Notes: a model not told the origin generated them from the letters alone. A stretch of DNA of 64,000 nt from Candidatus Cloacimonadota bacterium (GCA_023421135.1 JAEZUG010000026.1:1155-65154), one strand, 5' to 3'; shown: positions 26,941-37,325, counted from the first letter of the stretch. Numbers and translations are program-made.

Positions 26941-27867
26941 CTACACTCCTTTTAAGGCTTTGGCCAGTTTAGCCGCAAGTCTGGCATTGTTTTCCAGCAG
27001 CGCCAGATTTGCTACCACCGATTCACCTGCGGTTGCGCGGGCAAGATAGTCAAGTAAAAATGGAGTCAGAGCTTTCCCCTTTATCCCTTTCTCTGCTGCA
27101 GAAGAGAGAGCTTGTTTGATCACAGGTTCTATCCTGGAAGCAGAAATTTCGGATTCCTCAGGAATCGGATTGGCAATTAAAACTCCACATCGGGAAGCTC
27201 TGAGCTGCCTATGAAAGCTATGAAACATCACGAATTCTTCAATAGAATCCAGTGAGTCTATTGTTATAGCGCTGGAACGGCTGTAGAAAGTGGGGAAGAG
27301 CTCTGTTTTCCAGCCCAAAACCGGCACTCCGTGAGTTTCTAGCGTTTCTACAGTGGCGCTTACGTCCAGGATAGCTTTACATCCGGCTGAGACTACTGTC
27401 ACCGGTATCTGAGCCAGAGCCAGAATATCCATCGAGATGTCACTGCTGTTTTGCCAGTCTCTGTGAACCCCTCCGATCCCACCAGTAGCAAATACATCAA
27501 TACCTGCCAGACTGGCGAGCAACATTGTAGCAGAAACAGTAGTTCCTCCACACTGCTTCCTGACCATAGCCAAAGCAATATCCCTCATGGAAAGCTTCTG
27601 AATTTTGACCTCAGAGTCATTCAGCCTCTCTTCCAAGAGTTTGATTTCCGCCAGATCCACACCGATATGTACCAAACCGTCAATCATGATTATTGTTGCA
27701 GGTGTGGCTCCTTCTTGGCTGATGATCTCTTCCAGGCGGTTGAGAGTCTCAAAATTCTTCGGATATGGCAGGCCATGAGTGATCACGGTAGATTCCAGAG
27801 CGACGATAGGGGACTTGCTATCAAGAGCAGATTGAACAGAGGGTGAATATTTGAATTGTGTGTTCAT
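26941..27867 (-). CDS. psuG: pseudouridine-5'-phosphate glycosidase
   Basis: VALESTVITHGLPYPKN, GGTTVSATM, VFATGGIGGVHR, DISADL-like block. Start set at ATG 27867 (family-typical ~308 aa) rather than ATG 27927. Confidence 0.88.
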   Translation of the reverse strand: MNTQFKYSPSVQSALDSKSPIVALESTVITHGLPYPKNFETLNRLEEIISQEGATPATIIMIDGLVHIGVDLAEIKLLEERLNDSEVKIQKLSMRDIALAMVRKQCGGTTVSATMLLASLAGIDVFATGGIGGVHRDWQNSSDISMDILALAQIPVTVVSAGCKAILDVSATVETLETHGVPVLGWKTELFPTFYSRSSAITIDSLDSIEEFVMFHSFHRQLRASRCGVLIANPIPEESEISASRIEPVIKQALSSAAEKGIKGKALTPFLLDYLARATAGESVVANLALLENNARLAAKLAKALKGV

Positions 27868-27947
27868 AAAGGTGGGTTCCTGCAGATAAAATGATGGAAT
27901 CAATCTTTGCTCACTGCGCTCGAACAATGATTGATTCCATTCCGGAT

Positions 27948-28466
27948 CTAGTTCAGAGTGAGTTCTTCTGAAGTAGTCTGGATATCACTGAGTTGTGTTT
28001 CTTGAGGGTAGATTAGGACATCGACAGGCGCTACGCCGATAGCGAGCAAACCTAACTCTCTGGCGGCAGCATAGGAAATATCCAGCTGTCTGCCACGTAC
28101 GAAGGGTCCACGATCAGTGACGCGAACGATTACGGACTTGCCGTTTCTGGGATTGGTGATTTGAAGGAGGGTGTTAAAGGGGAGGGATTTGTGTGCGCAG
28201 GTCATTGCATTGCGGTCATAGCGCTCACCGCTGGCAGTATAACGTCCATGGAATCTTCCACCGTAGTAGGATGTAACCATGGTTTCCCGGATCGGGGAGA
28301 TCCCCGGCGGTTCTTGTGTTTGTAGTGAATCGATCACCAAAGCTGACTGCTCCAGGCTGATCTCCTCACTACCGATTCCGCTAACTTGTTCCGCTACTAC
28401 AGGTGCTATTACAGCTAGCTGTAGGCAGAAAAAGGTAGCAAATAGTAGTTTCGTTTTTTGATTCAT
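27948..28466 (-). CDS. rlpA: septal ring lytic transglycosylase RlpA-family protein (DPBB domain)
   Basis: Signal peptide. TSYYGGRFHGRYTASGERYD...TCAHKSLPFNTLLQITN..NGKSVIVRVTDRGPF..GRQLDISYAAA. Confidence 0.85.
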   Translation of the reverse strand: MNQKTKLLFATFFCLQLAVIAPVVAEQVSGIGSEEISLEQSALVIDSLQTQEPPGISPIRETMVTSYYGGRFHGRYTASGERYDRNAMTCAHKSLPFNTLLQITNPRNGKSVIVRVTDRGPFVRGRQLDISYAAARELGLLAIGVAPVDVLIYPQETQLSDIQTTSEELTLN

Positions 28467-28654
28467 AAGTTCTTACCATTAAGTATAGGATGCAGGTGAT
28501 CTTTCTGAGACGCTCAAATCTGTCAAGAAAAAAATAGCCAAAAACAACGTAACTCCATCAGGTATAATGGTTTGACCATGAGTGCCAGAAGCCTCGGATT
28601 AGGGACTTGACAAGTTCATTCTGCTTCTCAGACTGGCACAGATAAGGAGATACT

Positions 28655-28999
28655 ATGAAAAATACATATTCACCCTGCGGGATTGATTGCAATAGCTGCG
28701 ATGCCTTCATTGCAACTCAGACTAATGACCTGGAGCTCTTCGAGAAGCTCGCAGAACAATTCAAGGTTAATCAAGGCTTAGAGATCGAGCCGGAGAAGCT
28801 AAGATGCAATGGCTGCATGAACGAAGGCGTTCACATCGGTTTTTGCGATGAATGTGGCATCCGGGCCTGCGCAATTGAAAAAGGATACCAGAACTGCGCC
28901 GATTGCGATTTACTGCCTTGTGAAAAGGGTTCGTTCATTTGGACAGAGGGTTCCGCTTCCTTGGCCAATCTGAGATCAATCCGGAGAGTAAGAAGTTAG
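28655..28999 (+). CDS. DUF3795-type Cys-rich protein
   Basis: PCGIDCNSCDAF...CNGC...CDECGIRACAIEKGYQNCADCDLLPCEK. AAGGAGA RBS. Confidence 0.7.
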   Translation: MKNTYSPCGIDCNSCDAFIATQTNDLELFEKLAEQFKVNQGLEIEPEKLRCNGCMNEGVHIGFCDECGIRACAIEKGYQNCADCDLLPCEKGSFIWTEGSASLANLRSIRRVRS

Positions 29000-29225
29000 G
29001 CGCGAGAGCTTCGCTGCAGACGCTTGTGAAGAAGCTTGCGCTAGAATGCTGATGGACTGGATCAGCAGGATAAGATTGAGCTCTGTTGACATGATGATTA
29101 TGATTTACGCAGATTGCTCTCTTTGTAATCCACAAACTCTGGTTATCTATCCTTAGTCTCCCAGCAACACACATTGCTATCTAATCACTTGTCACTATTC
29201 ACCTTATAGTCACCCGCTACACTCA

Positions 29226-29337
29226 TTATCCATAACTTACTATAGGATAAGCTTTTCCTTAGCGTTCGCTAAAGGATCGCTAAGGCATCACTAAAGCATC
29301 ACTAAAGAATCCTGTTAGAAGGGAAGGAGGGAGAAGC
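29226..29337 (-). repeat. dispersed intergenic repeat, copy B (inverted orientation)
   Basis: The reverse complement reads CTTCTCCCTCCTTCCC...GATTCTTTAGTGATGCTTTAGTGATGCCTTAGCGATCCTTTAGCGAACGCTAAGGAAAAGCTTATCCTATAGTAAGTTATGGATAA. Confidence 0.7.
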
Positions 29338-29435
29338 GCATACCACATTCAGGATTCTGAGAAATGAATTGACAGAATAGGCTGATTATCTTGGCATTGA
29401 CTCTAAGTAAAAAATAACGAACTAAGGAGAAACCA

Positions 29436-29639
29436 ATGCCAAAAATGACAGTGGATCCAAAGTACTGTAAGGGTTGTGGATTGTGCATAGCAGCCTGCCC
29501 TAAAAAGATCATTCGGTTTTCGGAGAACATCAATCAAAAGGGTTATCATTATGCGGAGTGCTTCGATCAGGAAGCCTGTATAGCTTGTAAAATGTGTTAT
29601 CAGACTTGCCCGGATGTGGCAATCACAATCGAGAAATGA
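29436..29639 (+). CDS. 2-oxoacid:ferredoxin oxidoreductase delta subunit (2x[4Fe-4S] ferredoxin)
   Basis: 67 aa. CKGCGLCIAACP and CIACKMCYQTCP. AAGGAGA RBS. First gene of a 4-gene operon. Confidence 0.8.
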   Translation: MPKMTVDPKYCKGCGLCIAACPKKIIRFSENINQKGYHYAECFDQEACIACKMCYQTCPDVAITIEK

Positions 29640-29646
29640 GGATAAT

Positions 29647-30726
29647 ATGGCGAAAGTATTAATGAAAGGAAATGAAGCTGTAGCCGAAGCCGCAATCCGG
29701 AGCGGATGCAGACTTTATTTTGCCTATCCCATCACTCCCCAAAGCGAGCTGATCGAGTATATGGCAAAGATGATGCCCAAGGTAGGAGGAACTTTCCTCC
29801 AGGCAGAAAGTGAAGTGTCTGCCATAAACATGGTATATGGCGCCGCAGGAGCCGGGAAAAGGGTGATGACTTCATCTTCCTCCCCCGGAATCTCCCTCAA
29901 AGCTGAAGGTATATCCTATATTGCCGGTGCAGAGCTTCCTGCTGTGATCGTAAACGTTCAAAGAGGCGGACCCGGTTTGGGTGATATCCAACCAGCCCAG
30001 GGTGACTATTTTCAAGCCACCAAAGGTGGGGGACACGGAGATTACCGTCAGATAGTGCTTGCTCCAAGTTCTGTTCAGGAATTTGCCGATATGGCTTCTG
30101 AAGCTTTTGACTTGGCGGATAAGTATCGCAATCCAGTTATGATCCTCGCCGATGGTATGCTTGGTCAAATGATGGAACCGGTAGAATTCAAGCCTGCCAA
30201 AACTGATGCAGAGATTGCCGAGCTGGGAAAACAACACCATTCCTGGTGTATTTGTCCCAATGAAGACGGCGACAAGAAGCACCACCATGAAATCAACTCT
30301 CTGGAGATAGATCCTGCCGTCTTGGAAAAACACGTGAACGATCTCTATGCCAAGTATGCAGTGATCGAACGTGACGAAACCAGGTGGGAAGAATACAATA
30401 TTGCCGATGATAATGAGATTCTCTGCGTCGCTTGGGGCACAGCTTCCAGAATAGTGAAATCTGCAGTCAACGAAATGCTGGCCAAAGGCAAGAAAATTGG
30501 CTTGATCCGTCCCATCACCTGCTGGCCCTTCCCCTATGAAGCTATCGCCAAAGCCATCGGACCCAAAGTGAAGAAAGTCTATGTATTCGAGCTCAACACC
30601 GGTCAGATGCTGGATGATGTTAAGATAGCTGTTAGCGGAAAAGTTCCGGTGGACTTCTGGGGCAAGGTGGGTGGAATAGTCTTCACCCCTGCAGAAGTAG
30701 AAGCTAAGCTGGACGCTTGTTTTTAA
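29647..30726 (+). CDS. 2-oxoacid:ferredoxin oxidoreductase alpha subunit
   Basis: MKGNEAVAEAAIRSGC..FAYPITPQSE, ESEVSAINMVYGAAGAG, VNVQRGGPGLG. Start set at ATG 29647 rather than the track's 29614. Confidence 0.9.
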   Translation: MAKVLMKGNEAVAEAAIRSGCRLYFAYPITPQSELIEYMAKMMPKVGGTFLQAESEVSAINMVYGAAGAGKRVMTSSSSPGISLKAEGISYIAGAELPAVIVNVQRGGPGLGDIQPAQGDYFQATKGGGHGDYRQIVLAPSSVQEFADMASEAFDLADKYRNPVMILADGMLGQMMEPVEFKPAKTDAEIAELGKQHHSWCICPNEDGDKKHHHEINSLEIDPAVLEKHVNDLYAKYAVIERDETRWEEYNIADDNEILCVAWGTASRIVKSAVNEMLAKGKKIGLIRPITCWPFPYEAIAKAIGPKVKKVYVFELNTGQMLDDVKIAVSGKVPVDFWGKVGGIVFTPAEVEAKLDACF

Positions 30727-30736
30727 GGAGATATCA

Positions 30737-31489
30737 ATGGAAGTAATAGCAACAAGACCAAATTCACTCACCGCTACTCCTTTTACCTATTGCCCAGGTT
30801 GTTTACACGGAGTCGCTCATAGATTAGTCGCAGAATCAATAGAAGAACTGGGGCTCACCAACATGATGACAGGTGTTGCACCGGTAGGTTGCTCTGTGTT
30901 TGCCTACAAGTTTTTCAATTTCGATATGGCCCAGGCTGCTCATGGCAGAGCTCCTGCCGTTGCCACAGGCATGAAGCGTGCCCGTCCTGATATGCATGTC
31001 TTCACTTATCAAGGCGATGGTGACCTTGCTGCCATTGGAACCGCAGAGATTGTTCACGCTGCAAACCGGGGTGAGCATATTTCCGTGTTCTTTGTGAACA
31101 ATGCCATCTACGGTATGACAGGCGGTCAAATGGCGCCTACTACTCTTCCAGGAATGAAGACAACTACCTCACCCTATGGAAGGAATGTGGATGACATCGG
31201 TTATCCCATTAGAGTTAGTGAGCTGCTTGCGACGTTAATTGCGCCTTATTATATTGAACGGGTCTCTCTCCTGAGTCCTGCCGATATTATCAAGGCTAAG
31301 AAAGCCGTACACAAAGCTCTTACCTATAATAAAGAAGGCCGAGGCTTCACCTTTGTGGAGCTTATCTCAACCTGTCCCACAAACTGGGGCATAGACCCAA
31401 TCAAATCCAGAGAATGGGCCAAGGAAAACATGCTGCCTTTCTTTAAGCCGGGCTGCTTCCGCGACAAAGGTGAGGAGGTGAAGGCATGA
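30737..31489 (+). CDS. 2-oxoacid:ferredoxin oxidoreductase beta subunit (TPP-binding)
   Basis: YCPGCLHG, GDGDLAAIG, NNAIYGMTGGQ. Confidence 0.9.
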   Translation: MEVIATRPNSLTATPFTYCPGCLHGVAHRLVAESIEELGLTNMMTGVAPVGCSVFAYKFFNFDMAQAAHGRAPAVATGMKRARPDMHVFTYQGDGDLAAIGTAEIVHAANRGEHISVFFVNNAIYGMTGGQMAPTTLPGMKTTTSPYGRNVDDIGYPIRVSELLATLIAPYYIERVSLLSPADIIKAKKAVHKALTYNKEGRGFTFVELISTCPTNWGIDPIKSREWAKENMLPFFKPGCFRDKGEEVKA

Positions 31490-32028
31490 AATGCGAGATG
31501 ATTTGTGCTGGTTTCGGTGGTCAGGGCGTCCTGACTATTGGAAAGTTCATCGCCAAAGCTGGAATGGCTGAAGGTAAAAATGTTTCCTGGCTTCCTTCCT
31601 ATGGACCTGAGATGCGCGGTGGAACTGCAAACGTCGCAGCAGTCGTATCCGACGAACCCATCGCCTCTCCCATTGTGAGCTATCCGGATGTTCTGGTGGC
31701 GCTGAACCAACCCTCTTTGGATAAGTTTGGTGCTTCGGTCAGAAAAGACGGAGTTGTGATCGTTGATACCAATATGTGTCCTCACGGTTTGAAGCGTGAT
31801 GATGTCTGTATTATCAACGCACCCATGAGCGACATAGCCCTTGAGATTGGCTCCATGATGGTGCTGAACATGCTGGCTATCGGCATAGTGATTGGCAAGA
31901 CCGGGGTCATCAAGTATGAGACCATGGAAGAAGATCTCACCGCTTTCCTCAAGGCTAAGAATCCAGATCTGCTGGAGAAGAATCTCATAGCTATTAAGCG
32001 TGGTATGGAGATAGGTAAGCAACAATAA
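31486..32028 (+). CDS. 2-oxoacid:ferredoxin oxidoreductase gamma subunit
   Basis: GFGGQGVLTIGKFIA, YGPEMRGGTA. ATGA overlap with the beta subunit. Confidence 0.9.
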   Translation: MKCEMICAGFGGQGVLTIGKFIAKAGMAEGKNVSWLPSYGPEMRGGTANVAAVVSDEPIASPIVSYPDVLVALNQPSLDKFGASVRKDGVVIVDTNMCPHGLKRDDVCIINAPMSDIALEIGSMMVLNMLAIGIVIGKTGVIKYETMEEDLTAFLKAKNPDLLEKNLIAIKRGMEIGKQQ

Positions 32029-32044
32029 GATAATCAGATCAAGT

Positions 32045-32079
32045 ATAGTGAAGCTCTTCAGGGAGCTTCACTATTTTTG
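32045..32079 (+). terminator. rho-independent terminator of the oxidoreductase operon
   Basis: ATAGTGAAGCTC-loop-GAGCTTCACTAT followed by TTTTTG. Confidence 0.75.
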
Positions 32080-32248
32080 TGCATATTGTTTAGCTATGGT
32101 ATTATTTCCTCAATCCCTGTGAGTTTTCTAGTGTCAAATCCTATTGAGTGCTTGACAATATTATGAAAACAACTTCAAATGTATTCACGGTAATAATACG
32201 GTATCGGATCTGAAAGAGTGATCTGATTTATATCTGTTGGGAGATTAT

Positions 32249-32854
32249 ATGAAACGTACTAAGCTTAGGCAAGTTAATCGTTTAGACAAGAAAGAGAGAA
32301 TACTGAAGGCAGCCATTGAGGTTTTTGCCCACAGAGGTTTTGAAAATTCCTCCGTGTCGGATGTTGCCAGCCATGCCGGTGTGGCAAATGGTACAGTATA
32401 TCTTTACTATAAAAATAAAGTGGATATGTTCATTCAGGCGATGCAATCTGTGATAACAGAGAGACTGAGCCAGATTAAGCAAATTATTGAGAAAGATCAG
32501 GATCCCACCAGTAGGATTTTGGGATTCGTCCATTATCACATCACTCTCTTTACCAAGAGTCCTGATGTACTACGTTTTATGGTTATAGAGTGGAGAAAGA
32601 GTGAAGTCTTCCGGTTGGAGAATCCCGGCTACAATCCCTTTAGTGATTATCTGAGCTATGTTACAGAGCTATGCAACGATTGTATCGAGAAGGGAGTCTT
32701 CAAACCAGTTAATCCCAGGACTCTTGCCTTCATGATCATGGGATCGATGGATTTTATCCTTACTCAATGGGCTACCAGCAATGAGAAGATAGATCTCGTG
32801 CAGGTAACAGAAGAGATTCGGCAGATCTTGAAGTTTGGAGTGTCCAGCCTTTAG
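32249..32854 (+). CDS. TetR/AcrR-family transcriptional regulator
   Basis: N-terminal HTH ILKAAIEVFAHRGFENSSVSDVASHAGVANGTVYLYYKNK. GGGAGA RBS before ATG 32249. Confidence 0.85.
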   Translation: MKRTKLRQVNRLDKKERILKAAIEVFAHRGFENSSVSDVASHAGVANGTVYLYYKNKVDMFIQAMQSVITERLSQIKQIIEKDQDPTSRILGFVHYHITLFTKSPDVLRFMVIEWRKSEVFRLENPGYNPFSDYLSYVTELCNDCIEKGVFKPVNPRTLAFMIMGSMDFILTQWATSNEKIDLVQVTEEIRQILKFGVSSL

Positions 32855-32857
32855 ATC

Positions 32858-34678
32858 CTAGATCTCATTCTCTGGATGGAAATAGGCATAGATTTTCTGA
32901 GCCGTAAGTTCACCAATGCCTTTTACGGAAAGCAACTGATCGATGCTTGCCTCACGGATAGCTTCGACAGATCCCATGCTCTTTAGCAGGGTAAACTTGC
33001 TCAGTTCGCCTATTCCGGGGATTGATTCCAGCTCGCTAATCAACGTGCGTTTTGAGCGACGGCTGCGATGGAAGTTTATGGCAAAGCGGTGAGCTTCGTC
33101 CCTGATTGTGGTGATGAGGCGCAACGAGGAGCTGGAACGCGGCAGAATGACGGGCTCAGACTGATTGGGCAGGTAGATCTCTTCTATCCTTTTTGCCAGT
33201 GATATGATTGGAATATCTGAGTGAGGAGAGTTAACCAATTTCTCAAAGCTAATGCCAAGCTGTCCCTTCCCACCATCGATAATAAAGAGGTCTGGTTTGA
33301 TCGTGGGATCTTTGTCTATCTCAACCAGGAATCTCTCCATCGTTTCCGCCATGGCAGCAAAGTCGTTTTGAGATTCTATGGAGCGGATGATGAAGTGGCG
33401 GTAAAATTTCTTCTTGGCTTTACCATTTTCAAAGAATACAGCAGAAGACACTGTGTCGGTTCCCTGGATGGTGCTGATGTCCATACAAACGATCTTTCTG
33501 GGAAGCTTGGCCAGGTTCAGCTTCTCTTTGAGTTCCTGGATGGGGAAGATGGTACGATTGGCTTTGCGGAGGTGAGCTAGCTTTTGCTCTTCAATCAGAT
33601 GGAAGGCGTTACGTTTTGCCATGGCCAGAAGCTTGGTTCTCTCCCCTTTCTGAGGGATCAGGAGCTTGTGATTGAGCCAGTTGTTAAGCTCTGTATATTC
33701 ATTGATTTCAAAGGGTAATAGGATTTCATCGGGAAGCTCGTCTTTTCCGGAGTAGTAGAGTTTAACAAAGGCAGCCAGGCTTTGTTCTCGTTGGCTATAT
33801 TCCAGGTGTTTGAGAGGATAGTTCTCCTGATTCATGATCTTACCATTGATCATTTTCAGCACCACAACCACTGCCAAATTCTCTTCCTGGTAGAATCCCA
33901 GTATATCGACGTCCCGGCTGTCTTCATGGGTAACTGCCTGGCGTTTTTGAATGCTTTCAATAGCCAGTATGTGATCTCTGATCTTGGCCGCTTTCTCAAA
34001 TTCCAGTTGCTCGGCAAAGCTGTTCATTTCGGCCCGGAACTCATCACTGAGTTCTTGGTATTTACCCTTGAAGAAAGCTAGCATCCGGTTCACTGTGATC
34101 AAATAGTCTGGTTGGCTTATGTAGCCAACACAGGGGGCTGGGCACTTGCCCAATTGGTGATTAATGCAGGCTTTCTTAAATCTGATCTGGTCAGCAGGTA
34201 TAATCCGTGAGCAGGTTCTGAGTGGGAATATCCATTCCAGAGTGCGGAGAATTCTTCTGAGCGATCTTACATCAGTGTAGGGGCCAAAATACTTGCTACC
34301 ATCTTTGATTAGCTCCCTGGACACCATGATTCTGGGAAAGGGTTCTGCCAGAGTGAGCTTCACATAGGGATAACGTTTATCGTCCTTGAGGTTGATATTG
34401 TACTTGGGCTGGTGTTTACGGATAAGGTTTGCTTCAAGCAGGAAAGCGTCTGCTTCACTATTGGTAATGGTGTATTCCAGATCTGCAATGTGAGCAACGA
34501 GCTGCTGTGTCTTAGGGTCTTTGATTCCTCCGCTGACATAGCTCTTGATCCTGTTGTGCAGATTAAGGGCTTTGCCCACGTAGATAATCTCTCCCTGGGC
34601 ATCTTTCCAGATATATATACCCGGTTGAGTGGGAAGAAATGAGAGTTTATCCTTTAGGCTCTGCGGAATCTTTTCCAT
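32858..34678 (-). CDS. uvrC: excinuclease ABC subunit C
   Basis: GIY-YIG (PGIYIW...IIYVGKA), UvrBC domain, C-terminal (HhH)2. Confidence 0.95.
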   Translation of the reverse strand: MEKIPQSLKDKLSFLPTQPGIYIWKDAQGEIIYVGKALNLHNRIKSYVSGGIKDPKTQQLVAHIADLEYTITNSEADAFLLEANLIRKHQPKYNINLKDDKRYPYVKLTLAEPFPRIMVSRELIKDGSKYFGPYTDVRSLRRILRTLEWIFPLRTCSRIIPADQIRFKKACINHQLGKCPAPCVGYISQPDYLITVNRMLAFFKGKYQELSDEFRAEMNSFAEQLEFEKAAKIRDHILAIESIQKRQAVTHEDSRDVDILGFYQEENLAVVVVLKMINGKIMNQENYPLKHLEYSQREQSLAAFVKLYYSGKDELPDEILLPFEINEYTELNNWLNHKLLIPQKGERTKLLAMAKRNAFHLIEEQKLAHLRKANRTIFPIQELKEKLNLAKLPRKIVCMDISTIQGTDTVSSAVFFENGKAKKKFYRHFIIRSIESQNDFAAMAETMERFLVEIDKDPTIKPDLFIIDGGKGQLGISFEKLVNSPHSDIPIISLAKRIEEIYLPNQSEPVILPRSSSSLRLITTIRDEAHRFAINFHRSRRSKRTLISELESIPGIGELSKFTLLKSMGSVEAIREASIDQLLSVKGIGELTAQKIYAYFHPENEI

Positions 34679-36216
34679 AGATTCTCTCTGGCTTCTTGCA
34701 GGTAATCAAGCTTCAGTGCCAGTCCAACCAGATAAAAGAAGATAAAGCTTAGCAGTGCTATCACTCCATCCTTGATTATCAGGAGAAGTTTTGAATCTAC
34801 CATTATGTATTGATTGGTGAGCGCAATGCCTATATAGATTAATCCGCAGATCAATACTGCTTTAATAAGGTTCCACCATATTCTGCTATAACTTACCATG
34901 GGAAGCTTACGCTTTAGAGTGATAATCAGGACTACGTAATTTACCGCTGCTGTGATGGATGTGGAAAATGCCAAACCGCTGTGTCCCATAAACTGCATCA
35001 GGATATAGTTCAGGCAGATATTCAAGAGAACAATGAAGGCAGCTATCTTGACAGGAGTTCTGGTATCTTTATTGGCATAGAAGATTGGAGTCATGGTTTG
35101 ATTCAGGCTATAAAAAATTAAGCCTATGGAGTAGAATAGCAACGCCTGTGTGGTCATTAGTGCAGCTTTGGTGCCAAACTCCCCTTGAAAGAAAAGGATG
35201 CGCACAAAGTCACCACCCAGAGCCAGAATAAGAGTTGTGATCGGGAGTATCAGGTATCCTAAAGTGATGGAGGAGAAACGCAGGCTCTCATTCAGTTCTT
35301 CATAGTTCTCTTGTGCAACACATCTGGAGTATAGGGGAAGAACTGCTGTCCCTGCAGAAATAGCAAAAATACCCAGTGGTAATTGCATTAGCCTATTGCC
35401 ATAACCAAGAGCTGTAATGCTTCCAATAGGTAGAAATGATGCCATGATGCCATCGGCAATAAGGTTGATCTCTCTGATTCCTATCCCTATCATCGAGGGT
35501 ATGAATCTTCTCCAAAGCAGGCTGATATATTCTCCGCTGAATCTAACAATCAGTACCCACCTGTATCCTATCTTTCGAAGGTATGGGAGGTTGATAGCTG
35601 TCTGTAGGAATCCACCCAGAAACACTCCCCATCCTGCCCAAATGATCAGATCTTCGGCTTTAAGCTTTAGAAACCACCAGGGTAGTATGACCGTAAGAAG
35701 CATTCCCAGATTCAGGAGAGCAGAGGATAGCCCGGTCATAAAAAAGTACTCGTGTGAGTTCAGTATGGCTATCATCGTTGATGAGAGACCAATAAAAAAG
35801 AGATAGGGGAAGATTATGCGAGTGAGTTTGATGGCAAAGAAGGCAGTGTCTGGGGCTAATCCCGGGTATATGAGCTTGATGATCAGGGGAGCAAAGACTA
35901 TCCCAATTCCCACCAACACTGCTAAGAAAAGAGTGAGAATGGAAAGGACGTTTAGGGCAAACTCAAACTGCTTCTCCTTGTTGCTCTTGGTTCCAATCTC
36001 GTTGTAGATAGGAACAAAAGCGGTGGACAAGGCACCTTCACCAAACAGTCTTCTGAGGAGATTTGGGATTGTGTATGCCACATTGAAAGCGTCATTGAGG
36101 AAGTTTGTCCCAAAGAAATAGGCCATCACCTGATCCCGCACTAAACCGAGTATTCTGCTCAGGAAGATGGCAACAGACATCACGGCTATGTTCTTTGCAA
36201 GCTTCTTATTTGCCAT
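34654..36216 (-). CDS. murJ: lipid II flippase MurJ (MviN)
   Basis: 520 aa, about 14 TM segments. SRILGLVRDQVMAYFFG, FGEGALSTAFVP. Confidence 0.9.
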   Translation of the reverse strand: MANKKLAKNIAVMSVAIFLSRILGLVRDQVMAYFFGTNFLNDAFNVAYTIPNLLRRLFGEGALSTAFVPIYNEIGTKSNKEKQFEFALNVLSILTLFLAVLVGIGIVFAPLIIKLIYPGLAPDTAFFAIKLTRIIFPYLFFIGLSSTMIAILNSHEYFFMTGLSSALLNLGMLLTVILPWWFLKLKAEDLIIWAGWGVFLGGFLQTAINLPYLRKIGYRWVLIVRFSGEYISLLWRRFIPSMIGIGIREINLIADGIMASFLPIGSITALGYGNRLMQLPLGIFAISAGTAVLPLYSRCVAQENYEELNESLRFSSITLGYLILPITTLILALGGDFVRILFFQGEFGTKAALMTTQALLFYSIGLIFYSLNQTMTPIFYANKDTRTPVKIAAFIVLLNICLNYILMQFMGHSGLAFSTSITAAVNYVVLIITLKRKLPMVSYSRIWWNLIKAVLICGLIYIGIALTNQYIMVDSKLLLIIKDGVIALLSFIFFYLVGLALKLDYLQEARENLWKRFRRA

Positions 36217-37325
36217 TATGCTGCCAGGCAGTTCTTGAGGCTATTGTAGAGCTTTATCAGGATCAGGCTGAGATTCACGTTCCCGCTTATCTTGCGGTTC
36301 AGATCCTGCAGAGTAAGCAGAAAACCCAGAGCTTTGTCGGTGATCCCAGTTCTTTGCAGGCTGATTGATATAAGTAAATCCATCTGATCTATATTAGTTA
36401 CTTGTTCAGGATCGGTCTGCACTATCACCAGATCATTCACCAGAGCGGTCATGAAACGGATCAGTTCCTTAGCCTTCTCTGCGTTGAGTGAGTCTCTCAA
36501 CTTGCTGATGAAAGTGTAGAAGGCCATATCATCTGCTTCGAAGGCTTGATTTAGGATGTCAAAACTGAGAATTCTCATCTCGCTGTTACTATCCAGAGCT
36601 AATCGGGCTGCTTCTTTGAAACTCCCATTTGCTATTCTGGCTGCTGTTTTTGCCAAGCTGGCCCCGACGTCAAACTTATCCATCAGACAAGTCTCGATAA
36701 CATGGCTGGATAAAGGTTTGAAGTAAACCTGCTGACAGCGTGATATCAGAGTAGGCAGCATCATGCTTAAGCGTTCGGTGATAAGAATCAACACTGTGTT
36801 GGGAGGGGGCTCTTCCAGTTTCTTGAGGAAAGCATTTGCAGTTGCCGGATTCATCATGTCTGCATCATCAATAATAACGATACGATACTTTGCTTCGGTT
36901 ATTGAGAATTCCAAACGCTTACCCAGCATTGTGATACTCTCTTTTCTTATCTCGACGGCTCCAGAATTATGCAGATCCTTCCAGGGGCTATTGATCTTGT
37001 TTTCAATATGCTCCATATACTGCTTGCGGCTCTCATTGTTTTTGATCTCACCATCAGAAGTCATCTGCAGGTTTGTGCTGGGAAAGACATAGATAAAATC
37101 CGGATGCTCATAAGCCAGAAACTTCTTGCATGAGTTACATACCCCACAGGGTTTGAATTGATTGCTGGACAGACAATTCAAGCTCATGCCAAAGTAGAGG
37201 GCTGTGAGATGCTTCCCAATGCCATCCTGACCATGAAACAGATAGGCCTGAGCCACACGATCGTTGGCTATCTGGGTGGAAAGCAGGGATATGACCTGAT
37301 CTTGTCCTTTGATCTGCCTGAACAT
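36216..37325 (-). CDS. holB: DNA polymerase III delta' subunit
   Basis: AQAYLFHGQDGIGK, Cys zinc module CGVCNSC, IIDDADMMN, LKKLEEPP, SRCQ. Confidence 0.85.
   Translation of the reverse strand: MFRQIKGQDQVISLLSTQIANDRVAQAYLFHGQDGIGKHLTALYFGMSLNCLSSNQFKPCGVCNSCKKFLAYEHPDFIYVFPSTNLQMTSDGEIKNNESRKQYMEHIENKINSPWKDLHNSGAVEIRKESITMLGKRLEFSITEAKYRIVIIDDADMMNPATANAFLKKLEEPPPNTVLILITERLSMMLPTLISRCQQVYFKPLSSHVIETCLMDKFDVGASLAKTAARIANGSFKEAARLALDSNSEMRILSFDILNQAFEADDMAFYTFISKLRDSLNAEKAKELIRFMTALVNDLVIVQTDPEQVTNIDQMDLLISISLQRTGITDKALGFLLTLQDLNRKISGNVNLSLILIKLYNSLKNCLAA

Noticed and set aside
29872-30771. Long antisense ORFs inside well-conserved genes. This 299-aa one lies opposite the oxidoreductase alpha subunit. 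Others include 17785-18288, 18101-18712, 20490-21047, 22078-22653, 31324-32025, 40812-41393 and 45350-45895.
   Set aside because: They are shadow ORFs of strongly supported genes on the other strand and have no motifs of their own.
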